Virus record (IMG/VR): IMGVR_UViG_3300009165_000006
Strand: one strand, 5' to 3'
DNA length: 64,000 nt
Source of the DNA: a virus
Part shown: positions 37,574-45,520 of the stretch, piece after piece
How the letters are laid out: each line of letters starts with the position of its first letter
Numbering within the stretch: position 1 is the first letter of the stretch
Notes under the pieces: generated by a model
Told to the model about the DNA's origin: nothing
The model's database searches: none
What the model saw: only the letters and a program-made list of their open reading frames with translations
Position numbers and translations under genes: made by a program

Positions 37574-37777
37574 TTAACACCTGTATGGATTGCCACCCTC
37601 CCCCATGTCGTCAAAACCAAGACCACAATCCGGGCAACGCCAATGCCCGCACCCACGGTGGCACTCCCGCATACGCCGATGATCACATTGCCGTAAGACG
37701 GACCAACTCTTACGTGGTCGTAGTATTCTACGTTCGTTCCCACCGAGGTCCCGAACACCTTGCTTGGTCAGCTTCAT
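37574..37777 (-). CDS. Cys/His-rich small protein (alternative: 37504..37758 in another frame)
   Basis: 67-aa ORF with CHRGCGHWRCPDCG. Overlaps an 84-aa Gly/Val-rich ORF on the same strand. I cannot decide between them. Confidence 0.3.
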   Translation of the reverse strand: MKLTKQGVRDLGGNERRILRPRKSWSVLRQCDHRRMRECHRGCGHWRCPDCGLGFDDMGEGGNPYRC

Positions 37778-37792
37778 TCCGATTGGGCTGAC

Positions 37793-38170
37793 CTATGCCA
37801 AGCCAACGAAGGGAGTCGTGAGACGATAGTTGTTTAGGGTCAGCACTTGGGCCTTTACCCCTTCCGGTTCCGCCACTACAAACCAGAATGCAACGACATC
37901 CTTGGTGAGAGGCATACTCCTGGATGCTTTCACTTGAGCCGGCTCGTCAAGGGCCTGCTTGAGTGTATCCCCACATGAACTCGTGATAGACAGGAACTTA
38001 TTTCTGTCCGTTACCAGGAAATCCCCCTTGGCGTCGGAGTCAACGTAGATAACCAAGTCGTTGCTCACCGTCTCTAGCCCTCGCTTCGCTGCTCTCAAGA
38101 GGCGGGCATTCACGTACGGTTTCAGTTCTGTTAGGTTATCTTGAGTCATTTGTCTGGCTGTTCTCCACAC
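37793..38170 (-). CDS. hypothetical protein
   Basis: 125-aa ORF, ATG start. Confidence 0.6.
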   Translation of the reverse strand: MWRTARQMTQDNLTELKPYVNARLLRAAKRGLETVSNDLVIYVDSDAKGDFLVTDRNKFLSITSSCGDTLKQALDEPAQVKASRSMPLTKDVVAFWFVVAEPEGVKAQVLTLNNYRLTTPFVGLA

Positions 38171-38222
38171 TCTGGATTATATAGGTATCCACTCCTACAG
38201 ATCAATACTTTTCAAGTCGTTC

Positions 38223-38765
38223 TCAGATCACCGGGCTACGCTTGTAGCGGCTTGGGATGGTCGTTCGGTCTTTTTTCATGGGCTCCTTCTTCCTCGAAGA
38301 TGAAGGTTCCGGTTCAGACCGTCCTCGCACCCGTTCGACAACAACCTCAAGCCTCTCTCTGATAGGCTCCGTCAGGATGGCGTCAATCAGAGTTCTTCGC
38401 TGAGGGAGATTCAATTCAGTGAGTTCTGTGCGAACCGGCATGAGCCCGACGGACTCTGGCTCAGAATTGAAATAGATATGACCTATGGCGGGGCGAATCC
38501 TTTCCCAGGGCGTCTCTTCAATTAGGTTCTGATTCCTCCTTACTACGACCTGAATGTCATTAGGATTGAATACGACGATCCCACTCTCTATTTGGTTTCG
38601 AAGGCTATTCCAGAAGGTGGCACCCAACTCGCGAGCCAGGTCGAACGGATCCTCGAGTTCACCAGCGCTCCAGGATCGCATAACCTCATCGGTCATTGTG
38701 AATTCAGAGGAGGCTAGGTCCCCACCTTCCCCAATGACTCGAACAAGAACCTGTACCGTTGGCAT
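38223..38765 (-). CDS. hypothetical protein with C-terminal RYxR tail
   Basis: Track ORF 38223..38792 (TTG start). ATG at 38765 preferred. Ends ...TIPSRYKRSPVI*. Confidence 0.6.
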   Translation of the reverse strand: MPTVQVLVRVIGEGGDLASSEFTMTDEVMRSWSAGELEDPFDLARELGATFWNSLRNQIESGIVVFNPNDIQVVVRRNQNLIEETPWERIRPAIGHIYFNSEPESVGLMPVRTELTELNLPQRRTLIDAILTEPIRERLEVVVERVRGRSEPEPSSSRKKEPMKKDRTTIPSRYKRSPVI

Positions 38766-38785
38766 AATCTTAATGAAGCTTACTT

Positions 38786-38833
38786 CAATCAACTTCCGGT
38801 GTAAAGACCTTCATGGATAGGCTGAGCTGATCG
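38786..38833 (+). repeat. 48-nt duplicated 5' region, copy 1 (copy 2 at 42978..43026)
   Basis: CAATCAACTTCCGGTGTAAAGACC..CATGGATA(A)GGCTGAGCTGATCG. This copy lacks one A, so its ATG opens only a 5-codon ORF. Confidence 0.7.
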
Positions 38834-39009
38834 AGTATCGATCTATACGACGATAGACGAGTAGCGGTTCATCGATTGGGGGATGGTGTTCAGTGACCGG
38901 CATCCAGCCTTTTCTTTCGGGTTCAGGCTTCTCTTTCATGGGGGATCCTCCGGTGGCAGGGATACACCGGTTGACTTTTGGAGGTGATCCCCGGATAATG
39001 GGGGTCATT

Positions 39010-39204
39010 ATGGTCACCATTACGAAAGAACACCTTGAGAATTGGAAGACTTCCGGCTTTATCCTAAGTGAACTTTTCCCGATGGGAGTGATGGGAGTGT
39101 TTGATGCTCCGATTTCTTCTGAAATCAAGGTTCGGATTCTCCTACGGGAGGAGATTCTTGGTAGCAGGGGTTTGATCTATGTAACGGCGAGGGCGGTACG
39201 CTGA
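39010..39204 (+). pseudogene. unit A, N-terminal part (interrupted)
   Basis: MVTITKEHLENWKTSGF...GLIYVTARAVR*. Homology to the other units resumes in the +1 frame (YAEGGEIPKEELEKAAEAA) and again in the frame of 39267..40016. Confidence 0.55.
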
Positions 39205-39266
39205 AGGGGGAGAGATCCCGAAGGAAGAGTTAGAGAAGGCTGCTGAGGCTGCTTCTATGGCAGCCG

Positions 39267-40016
39267 TTGAAGCTGTTAGGGGGAATGCTTGGGCTTCTTC
39301 TATTGACTGCTTGGGCTGCTTCTATGGCTGCTTGGGCTAATGCTAGAGTTACTTGGGATGCTACTAATGCCTGGAATAATGCTATCACTGCTGCCCGAGC
39401 CACTGCTTGGATGGATTTTTCTAGTGAGGAGGAAGAGAAAGAAGCCCAACTCACTGATTGCCGAGAGTGGTTGCTGAGGGTTCCTGTACCAACGAATAAT
39501 GGGGGTGATATGATAGCCAATAAGAAAGAGATCATTCCGATGGGGCTTATGGGATTGTTTGAAATCCCTATCTCCCCTATTAATACCCTATTGATACTCT
39601 TACACGAGGAGGTTCTTGGGAGGAGGGGAATGGTCTATGTGGCGGCGAAGGCTGCCCGTCGGGCCTGTACGAAGACAGAATTGTCTCATTCTGATAGCCT
39701 TCGAGCTCTAGATCTATGCGACCGATACGTTGAAGGGGAAGAGATCCCGAAAGAAGAGCTAGCGAGAGCTGCTAATGTGGCTGATGTGGCGGCTCTGTCT
39801 GCTTGTGATGCTACTTGGGGGGCGGCATGGGCTACTTGTAAGGCGGTAAGGGCTGCTAATGCCGCTTCGTCTTTGTCCCCTGTCAGGACTGATGCTTGGG
39901 CCGCTGTGGAGGCAGCTGCTGTTAGAGCCACTTCTAATGAGGAAGGAGAAAGGGAAGAGGAGAGAAAGTCCCAACTCGCTGATTGTCGAGAGTGGTTGCT
40001 GAAAGGGAACACATAA
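39267..40016 (+). CDS. unit A C-terminal part fused in frame to unit B
   Basis: Contains two ..QL(T/A)DCREWLL.. ends. Unit B could start independently at ATG 39510 (MIANKKEIIPMGLMGLFE...). Unit B ends LLKGNT* and lacks the RYQRIMRSL tail (deletion). Confidence 0.5.
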   Translation: MKLLGGMLGLLLLTAWAASMAAWANARVTWDATNAWNNAITAARATAWMDFSSEEEEKEAQLTDCREWLLRVPVPTNNGGDMIANKKEIIPMGLMGLFEIPISPINTLLILLHEEVLGRRGMVYVAAKAARRACTKTELSHSDSLRALDLCDRYVEGEEIPKEELARAANVADVAALSACDATWGAAWATCKAVRAANAASSLSPVRTDAWAAVEAAAVRATSNEEGEREEERKSQLADCREWLLKGNT

Positions 40017-40028
40017 GATGAGGTCGTT

Positions 40029-40565
40029 GTGATTACAATTACGAGTGAACTTCTCGAAAGTTGGGAGGTTTCCGACTTTATCCCAAAAGAACTACTTCCG
40101 ATGGAGGTGATGAGGTTGTTCGAAGCCCCGATTCCCTCTAGGGACAAGGTTCGGGTTCTTTTACGTGAGGAAGTTCTTGGGCGGAGGGGTTTGGTCTATG
40201 TAGCGGCCAGGGCGGCACGCCGAGCCCGTACAGTGACAGGTTGGTACCATTCTGATAGTCTTCGAGCTCTAGATCTATGTGATCGGTACGCTGCTGGAGA
40301 AGATATCCAGAAAGAAGAGTTAGAGAGAGCTATTAAGGCGGCTGAGGTGGCTTCTTCTGAAGCTGCTTCTTCTTGGGCTGCTAGGGCTGCTGCTAATGCT
40401 GCTAGAGCGATTGCTGTTCCTAGGGCTGCTTGGACTGCTACTTCTAATGAAGAGATAGAGAGAAGGTCCCAACTTACTGATTGCCGAGATTGGCTTCTAA
40501 GGGGAAACCCACAAGAAAGAGCCCCCATACTCACAAGGTATCAGCGGATAATGAGGTCCTTGTGA
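40029..40565 (+). CDS. unit C, apparently intact family member
   Basis: 178-aa ORF with GTG start. Full set of family blocks and the TRYQRIMRSL* tail. Confidence 0.65.
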   Translation: MITITSELLESWEVSDFIPKELLPMEVMRLFEAPIPSRDKVRVLLREEVLGRRGLVYVAARAARRARTVTGWYHSDSLRALDLCDRYAAGEDIQKEELERAIKAAEVASSEAASSWAARAAANAARAIAVPRAAWTATSNEEIERRSQLTDCRDWLLRGNPQERAPILTRYQRIMRSL

Positions 40566-41185
40566 TAACCATTACGAGTGAACTCCTTGAGAGGTGGGAA
40601 AATTCTGACCTTATCCCGAACGAACAACTCCCGATGGGGGTGATGGATGTGTTCGGAGCATCGATCCCCTCTAAGAACAAGGTTCGGCTTCTCCTACACG
40701 AGGAGGTTCTTGGGAGGAGGGGAATGGTCTATGTGGCGGCTCGGGCTGCGCGCCGGGCCTGTACGAAGACAGAAGGGTCTCATCCTGGTAGCCTTCAAGC
40801 CTTAGATCTATGCGACCGATACGCTGAGGGGGAAGAGATCCCGAAAGAAGAGCTAGAGAGCGCTTCTAATGCGGCTGACGAAGCGGCTAGGGTTGTTTCT
40901 GAGGCTGCTTCTACTTGAGCTGCTTTTGACGCTTCTGTTTCTGATGTTAGAGATGTTTGGCCAGCGAGAGCTGCTGCTTTTGCTGCTGGAGCTGCTTTGG
41001 GTACTTGGACTGTTTCTGATGCTTGGGATGCTACTACTTGGGCTTGGGATACTACTGATGGGGTTAGTGATGAAGAAAGAAACTCCCAACTCGCCGATTG
41101 CCGCGAGTGGTTGCTGAGGAATTCCCCACAAGAAAAGGCTCCAGTACTTACTCGGTACCAACGGATAATGAGGTCGCTATCCTAA
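40562..41185 (+). pseudogene. unit D, interrupted by a single in-frame TGA (40916-40918)
   Basis: GTG at 40562 overlaps unit C's stop. ORFs 40481..40918 and 40997..41185 are in the same frame. The TGA aligns with a TGG (Trp) codon of unit C (TCT TCT TGG GCT GCT versus TCT ACT TGA GCT GCT). Confidence 0.6.
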
Positions 41186-41353
41186 CCGTAGGACGGGAGC
41201 ACCTTCAAGGCCAGACTCGAGCTAGTCCAGCCCAGATCAGGTTCAGTAGAGTGACCACAATGAGGCACTCAATAGCCGCTTCTTTCGGGAACTTGAGGAC
41301 GGCACAGGTCATCAAGCAGATGACCCAGGAGGTGAGGATCCTCGTGACCACGG

Positions 41354-41650
41354 TCATCCTACGAGTCTGAAGGTCTTCCAGCACCTGACGCAACCGTTGC
41401 TCTCAACGTCATCAAGCTGGTCGAGGGCATTGACCTCAACCTGGACGGCTCGGCCCAGGATAAGTTGCACGACGGATTGGACCTCAAGGATTGAGAGGTC
41501 TTGGTAGCTCGTAAGAGGCGTTCCTACCTTGACGAGGTCAGCCACGACCTCTACGCGAGTGATGTGCCAGCCCAGAGTTGGATCGTTCGGGAGCGTGTAC
41601 TGCACCCTCGCACGTTGGAAACCCTCCATCCTGACGACCTCGATGGTCAT
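41354..41650 (-). CDS. hypothetical protein
   Basis: 98-aa ORF. ATG overlaps the stop of a 14-codon upstream ORF (ATGA). Confidence 0.55.
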   Translation of the reverse strand: MTIEVVRMEGFQRARVQYTLPNDPTLGWHITRVEVVADLVKVGTPLTSYQDLSILEVQSVVQLILGRAVQVEVNALDQLDDVESNGCVRCWKTFRLVG

Positions 41651-41691
41651 GGGGACTCACCTATCAGGATGAGAGAGTACGTCTTTGTCAT
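41647..41691 (-). CDS. 14-codon upstream ORF (MTKTYSLILIGESP)
   Basis: ATG at 41691 sits 5 nt downstream of the CGCGTAATAC motif, the same architecture as full-length genes. TGA overlaps the ATG of 41354..41650. Confidence 0.3.
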   Translation of the reverse strand: MTKTYSLILIGESP

Positions 41692-41696
41692 ACTGG

Positions 41697-41706
41697 GTAT
41701 TACGCG
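41697..41706 (-). promoter_or_regulatory. CGCGTAATAC start-proximal motif
   Basis: Minus strand reads CGCGTAATAC CCAGT ATG (ATG at 41691). The motif contains the TAA stop of 41700..41942. Confidence 0.4.
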
Positions 41707-41942
41707 GCAGGCTTGGATTTCTCAACCACTCTCTTGGGCACCTTGGGGGCGTTCGCGAGCCAAGCCTCAACCTTAATCCGGAAGTCAATCCAAGCCTCAG
41801 TGTTACCCAGAGTCCAATTCTCGGTAGCGTGGTCAATGGTGCGTGCCATATGGATCAGGTCGATGACCGTTGGAAGGAGGAGCTTTCTATTGAGCTTGGC
41901 TGAGATCTCCTCAGCGGGCTTCAATCGTTTTAGGCGTTTCAT
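41700..41942 (-). CDS. hypothetical protein
   Basis: 80-aa ORF. Overlapping + strand ORFs look weaker. Confidence 0.5.
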   Translation of the reverse strand: MKRLKRLKPAEEISAKLNRKLLLPTVIDLIHMARTIDHATENWTLGNTEAWIDFRIKVEAWLANAPKVPKRVVEKSKPAA

Positions 41943-41945
41943 TCG

Positions 41946-42170
41946 TTACTTTTTCAGTAGCTCGGGGGGAATGTTCTCGCAGGAGACTTGGAAGGCCGAT
42001 TGATTCCATAGGCCCATGCAAATCTTTGGGGCTCGCGGATCTCGAAAGTACGTGGGTTGATTCCAAGTCGTTCTCTGCCGGTGCCCAACCCAAAGAAGCA
42101 ACGAAGTTGACCACAAGATCGCTGCTACGACCAGAGCTATGCAACCTATCTGCTTGGAACTTAGAGCCAT
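41946..42170 (-). CDS. small membrane protein
   Basis: 74-aa ORF with helix IGCIALVVAAILWSTSLLLWV. Confidence 0.45.
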   Translation of the reverse strand: MALSSKQIGCIALVVAAILWSTSLLLWVGHRQRTTWNQPTYFRDPRAPKICMGLWNQSAFQVSCENIPPELLKK

Positions 42171-42736
42171 TGGTTTACCTCAGGATCCCAGTACTTCTTC
42201 GACACTGGGCATACTTTGGACACTAGCTGACGCATCTTGGTGTGGTCAACTTTATTCAGCGTTTCGATCCCTATGCAAAGAGCCGCAGTCATCACTCGAC
42301 GATGGCTGACGGCCCCAAAGGTCTGCCTCCACACGTAGTCAACCCCCTCGAGCAACCCCTGCGTGGAAGTACACTCGAGCACCAGGACGAAGTTGGAACA
42401 GATTCGACCCCTCACCTTTCGGGGCGCCCACTTCTCGATTAGCTGCTTAAGTGTACTCTGGGGCTTCCTCTTGAGTATTTGAATGCCTATAACTATCGCG
42501 GTTTTAGCCAACCTGTGTTTGGTAACGGTGCATTTGATTCTACCCTCACCCTTGTCCTTAGTTGAGGCCAAAAGTGCCATCATGATCTCAGCACTCTCTG
42601 GACTACCAACCAAGTTGAGTACCGAATTGCGACGAATTGCCAAAAGAAACCCCTCGAGATGCCAAATCCCCGAAGCAACGTAGGTTATGGCATTTGACTG
42701 TGCGAGAGGGTACACGAGCTTTTTGGCCCATGACAA
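42161..42736 (-). CDS. hypothetical protein
   Basis: 191-aa ORF, ATG start. Confidence 0.6.
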   Translation of the reverse strand: MSWAKKLVYPLAQSNAITYVASGIWHLEGFLLAIRRNSVLNLVGSPESAEIMMALLASTKDKGEGRIKCTVTKHRLAKTAIVIGIQILKRKPQSTLKQLIEKWAPRKVRGRICSNFVLVLECTSTQGLLEGVDYVWRQTFGAVSHRRVMTAALCIGIETLNKVDHTKMRQLVSKVCPVSKKYWDPEVNQWL

Positions 42737-42977
42737 GGAAGAAATGCTAAAAAGAACGTGGATTTATCGGCGGTGCTGGGTCAAGCAGAATGAGGTGGTT
42801 GAGTTTTTAGGGGCTTTCAGCTACGAGGCTCGATTACTGCTCGAAAAACTCGTTACAATCGTTCGTTGTGCGTCCCGGATTAGGGACTTCGTTCCGACGA
42901 GGACCCGCAAGATGGGTTGTCTACCGGGCCGGTAAAAGGGCCAGGGTCACTTTTGGCATGATCTTGATGGTTTACCC

Positions 42978-43026
42978 CAATCAACTTCCGGTGTAAAGAC
43001 CCACATGGATAAGGCTGAGCTGATCG
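42978..43026 (+). repeat. 48-nt duplicated 5' region, copy 2
   Basis: Same sequence as 38786..38833. Here it carries the functional ATG of 43005..43244. Confidence 0.7.
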
Positions 43027-43244
43027 CAAGCTACAAGTTCGAGAAGGGTCGTCAAGTCATGGTTGAGAAGGCCCAAGAGATTCAGAAGCGAAAGCTCTCT
43101 AGTATCTGCAAAGAACTACTCGAGAAATACGGCAAAGGTCCACATGACCTTGGAGATGGGAACTCCGAAGGGTACAACATCATCCAAAAAGGCGATACTT
43201 GTTACTTGAGTCAAGTTCGAGCCAAGAAGGCTGCTTCCGGTTGA
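43005..43244 (+). CDS. hypothetical protein
   Basis: 79-aa ORF, ATG start inside the duplicated block. Confidence 0.55.
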   Translation: MDKAELIASYKFEKGRQVMVEKAQEIQKRKLSSICKELLEKYGKGPHDLGDGNSEGYNIIQKGDTCYLSQVRAKKAASG

Positions 43245-43265
43245 ATCCTATGACCCAGGCTGGCG

Positions 43266-43637
43266 TTATGGTTTCCAACCAGCAGGTGGTTGGAAACCAG
43301 CATCCTTAGCTTTCACGGCCCAATCAGGCCATGGACGTTCAACTCCCAGCAATGCAACGTTGGCAGCATCTAGCGCTTGCTGAGCGCGTTTCTTCGAGTT
43401 GAACTCGAAGACATCCTCTTTCGGGTCAATCGCGTAGGACCTAACAGCCTTCTGTGCTATCGTGAAATCGCGATCGTAGGTTTTAAAATCCCCCAAGGGG
43501 GCATCGGCCGGATCCGATCCTTCCTCTGCTTGAGGATAGTACCATCCGATGGCATATGCATGCCTCGTTTCAAAGAGAGCAAGAACCGCGCCATCCGAGG
43601 TGGTGTACTTTGGTTGCTTAGTAGCTTGCTTTGGCAT
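43266..43637 (-). CDS. hypothetical protein
   Basis: 123-aa ORF. TGCGTAATAG motif 11 nt upstream. Confidence 0.65.
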   Translation of the reverse strand: MPKQATKQPKYTTSDGAVLALFETRHAYAIGWYYPQAEEGSDPADAPLGDFKTYDRDFTIAQKAVRSYAIDPKEDVFEFNSKKRAQQALDAANVALLGVERPWPDWAVKAKDAGFQPPAGWKP

Positions 43638-43648
43638 ATGACGAAACC

Positions 43649-43658
43649 CTATTACGCA
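43649..43658 (-). promoter_or_regulatory. TGCGTAATAG start-proximal motif
   Basis: Minus strand reads TGCGTAATAG, then 11 nt, then ATG (43637). Confidence 0.4.
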
Positions 43659-43764
43659 CGAGATCTGGGGAACTCAATGAGAAAGTATACCGTTTAGCAA
43701 TGCCTACCGCTGCTTGGAGCTGGGGGCTGAACATCGTGGGATCGCTCGGTTTGGTAGGGGCTAA

Positions 43765-44484
43765 TCATCGCTCACTGCGTTGTATTAGCGGGCGAGAGCT
43801 CTCATTCCACAAGCCATCCAACCTTTGGATCTCTCGCCTGATAAGGGATACATTCTCATCGATCTCGGGCTTCAAGTACTTGAGGTACACTTCGCGTCTC
43901 TTACTGAGCCAGACCTCTTGGGCATCCTCATCATCCATGGGCCTCTTCCCGAAGGCACTCACCTCTTCTAGGATCTTGTCCCGATCAGGACCATACACCC
44001 AAAACAAAACATCCCCTTGATGGTCCACAGAGGAAGGGCCGATTCGAACACCCCATGGATCCACAGCCCAATGACGACGTCTCTTACTGAGGGACGCCTC
44101 CTGTTCTTCAGTGACTACTAGTACAGGAATGTTGTGAGCATCACAGTCATAGTTGTAGTAGGGGACCGCCTCTTGAAAGAGAACCAACTCTGAGCTGATA
44201 TCAGTTGACATCCTACTCTCTCGGTCCCCAACCTTAATCGCAATCCAACGAGTAACACTGTAGATGTAGTCTCGTTCGAATCCGAACATCCCCGATTGGT
44301 AATCAAATCCAATGGAAGTCGGACGTTTGAAGATGTCGTCGGTGGGGGGACTTGCCGATCCGTGCCATTCGTCAGGATTCTTTCCTGACACCTTGTCCCA
44401 AGACAAGAAGTTCTCCTCCATGAAACAGAAGAACTTCATCCTGAGTTTCTTATCCCCAATTGGAACGGATATTGAATAACCCAT
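43765..44484 (-). CDS. hypothetical protein
   Basis: 239-aa ORF, ATG start. Confidence 0.65.
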   Translation of the reverse strand: MGYSISVPIGDKKLRMKFFCFMEENFLSWDKVSGKNPDEWHGSASPPTDDIFKRPTSIGFDYQSGMFGFERDYIYSVTRWIAIKVGDRESRMSTDISSELVLFQEAVPYYNYDCDAHNIPVLVVTEEQEASLSKRRRHWAVDPWGVRIGPSSVDHQGDVLFWVYGPDRDKILEEVSAFGKRPMDDEDAQEVWLSKRREVYLKYLKPEIDENVSLIRREIQRLDGLWNESSRPLIQRSER

Positions 44485-44600
44485 CGAGGCAACTACACCA
44501 GGCTTTGGTGACTCCCCTTAGGATCGTAATGGTAGCCCACTTGTACCCCTATGTTATCTACCTCTTGACCAAGATAGTAAGACAGAGTACACCTACCTAC

Positions 44601-44792
44601 ATGGAATCAGACCAAGCAATCCACTACCTTCTCCATACCTTGTGGACGAAGGCCGTAGGGACTGAGAACTACGACAAATCCGAGTGGAAACGCATGAGCG
44701 CCTTTATCTACGCTCACTTGGACAGAAACAAGATCTACACAAGAAGTCCCCGAAACGATCAACAAGAGGTCGAGCGAAAGCCCGTGATCTAA
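44601..44792 (+). CDS. small hypothetical protein ending ..EVERKPVI
   Basis: ATG at 44601 within track ORF 44460..44792. The C-terminus resembles the RYERKPVI tail but lacks RY. Confidence 0.4.
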   Translation: MESDQAIHYLLHTLWTKAVGTENYDKSEWKRMSAFIYAHLDRNKIYTRSPRNDQQEVERKPVI

Positions 44793-45244
44793 GAGATGGG
44801 CTTGGTGTGAGTGTACCTGGGTTCAACTTCTTTGACCACCTTGTTCAAAAAGTCAGCCAAATGCTTTGCTACCTGAGCCGGAGTACCAGTTTTCCCTCGG
44901 AGTCGATACTCTCGGGGCATAGCCGATAACCTATGCTCGACCTGGACCTTACCTGTTGGTGGGGGGCTGTGTGGAGTCTCCTTTCCGAAGCCTTTGATCG
45001 AGAAGGCCATGCGGTTGTTCTCGGCTTCTGCTCCTCCGCCGGCACTCCCCACACCTTTGGGCAGATTGATGAAATTGACAAACACCGTGTCGTATCGGAC
45101 TCCAGCGAGTTTACTCACGTTGTCGAATTTAATCTGGCGGCCCTGAAGATTGAGATGGGACTCAACCATCTTGATGAACTCTTCGGATCCTCCACTCTCA
45201 GCAGCGAATCTTGTGGCAACTCTCTTGGTTAGATCTTGGGTCAT
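44789..45244 (-). CDS. hypothetical protein
   Basis: 151-aa ORF, ATG start. Confidence 0.6.
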   Translation of the reverse strand: MTQDLTKRVATRFAAESGGSEEFIKMVESHLNLQGRQIKFDNVSKLAGVRYDTVFVNFINLPKGVGSAGGGAEAENNRMAFSIKGFGKETPHSPPPTGKVQVEHRLSAMPREYRLRGKTGTPAQVAKHLADFLNKVVKEVEPRYTHTKPIS

Positions 45245-45249
45245 ACCCT

Positions 45250-45520
45250 TGAACCTCGATAAGAACTATCGCACGCCTTGACTCCAGTGACGAACTGTGA
45301 ACCGCTTCAACCACTCTTACGCGCGAGCTTGTCTGAATCTCAACTAAATTGAGTATAGCCTTCCAAAAGACCGTTCTGTGAAACTTATTCAAAGTTGCTC
45401 ATAGGAGAACTCCGATGTTCACTTCCTGCTTCAACGAGACATGACTCGTAGGCCGAAGGGTTCTCCTTCGTTCCGCCGCTAGAGGACTCTCCACAGGCTT
45501 TTTAGCGCCGAAGGCGCCTA
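45250..45520 (-). ncRNA. predicted omega RNA (reRNA) region of the TnpB element
   Basis: By analogy with IS200/605 TnpB loci, the guide RNA scaffold overlaps the tnpB 3' end and the right end. The 154-nt non-coding stretch after the stop contains the hairpin CTCAA-CTAAA-TTGAG (45339-45353). Boundaries are not determinable by eye. Confidence 0.35.

Larger units (their letters stand above)
38960..41185 (+). repeat. tandem array of four paralogous gene units (A-D) of an Ala/Trp-rich family
   Basis: Each unit contains (V/M)ITITSELLE.WE...PMGVM..F...I.......LL.EEVLGRRG.VYVAARAARRA...D.L.ALDLCDRY..GE.I.KEEL...Ala/Trp-rich...QL.DCREWLL...TRYQRIMRSL. Units overlap by GTGA. Confidence 0.85.

Noticed and set aside
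40916-40918. In-frame TGA aligned to Trp, read as evidence for genome-wide TGA-to-Trp recoding (code 4-like).
   Set aside because: Many well-supported genes in the window terminate at TGA, several in ATGA/GTGA coupled overlaps (for example 13734, 29961, 51216, 53588). Global recoding is therefore unlikely, and a local nonsense mutation or readthrough is more parsimonious.
39686-41161. Long minus-strand ORFs (39686..40147, 40196..40534, 40853..41161) across the tandem family.
   Set aside because: They are antisense translations of GCT/GCC-rich (Ala) coding repeats, giving Ser/Ala-rich low-complexity products. The + strand frames carry the conserved paralog blocks.
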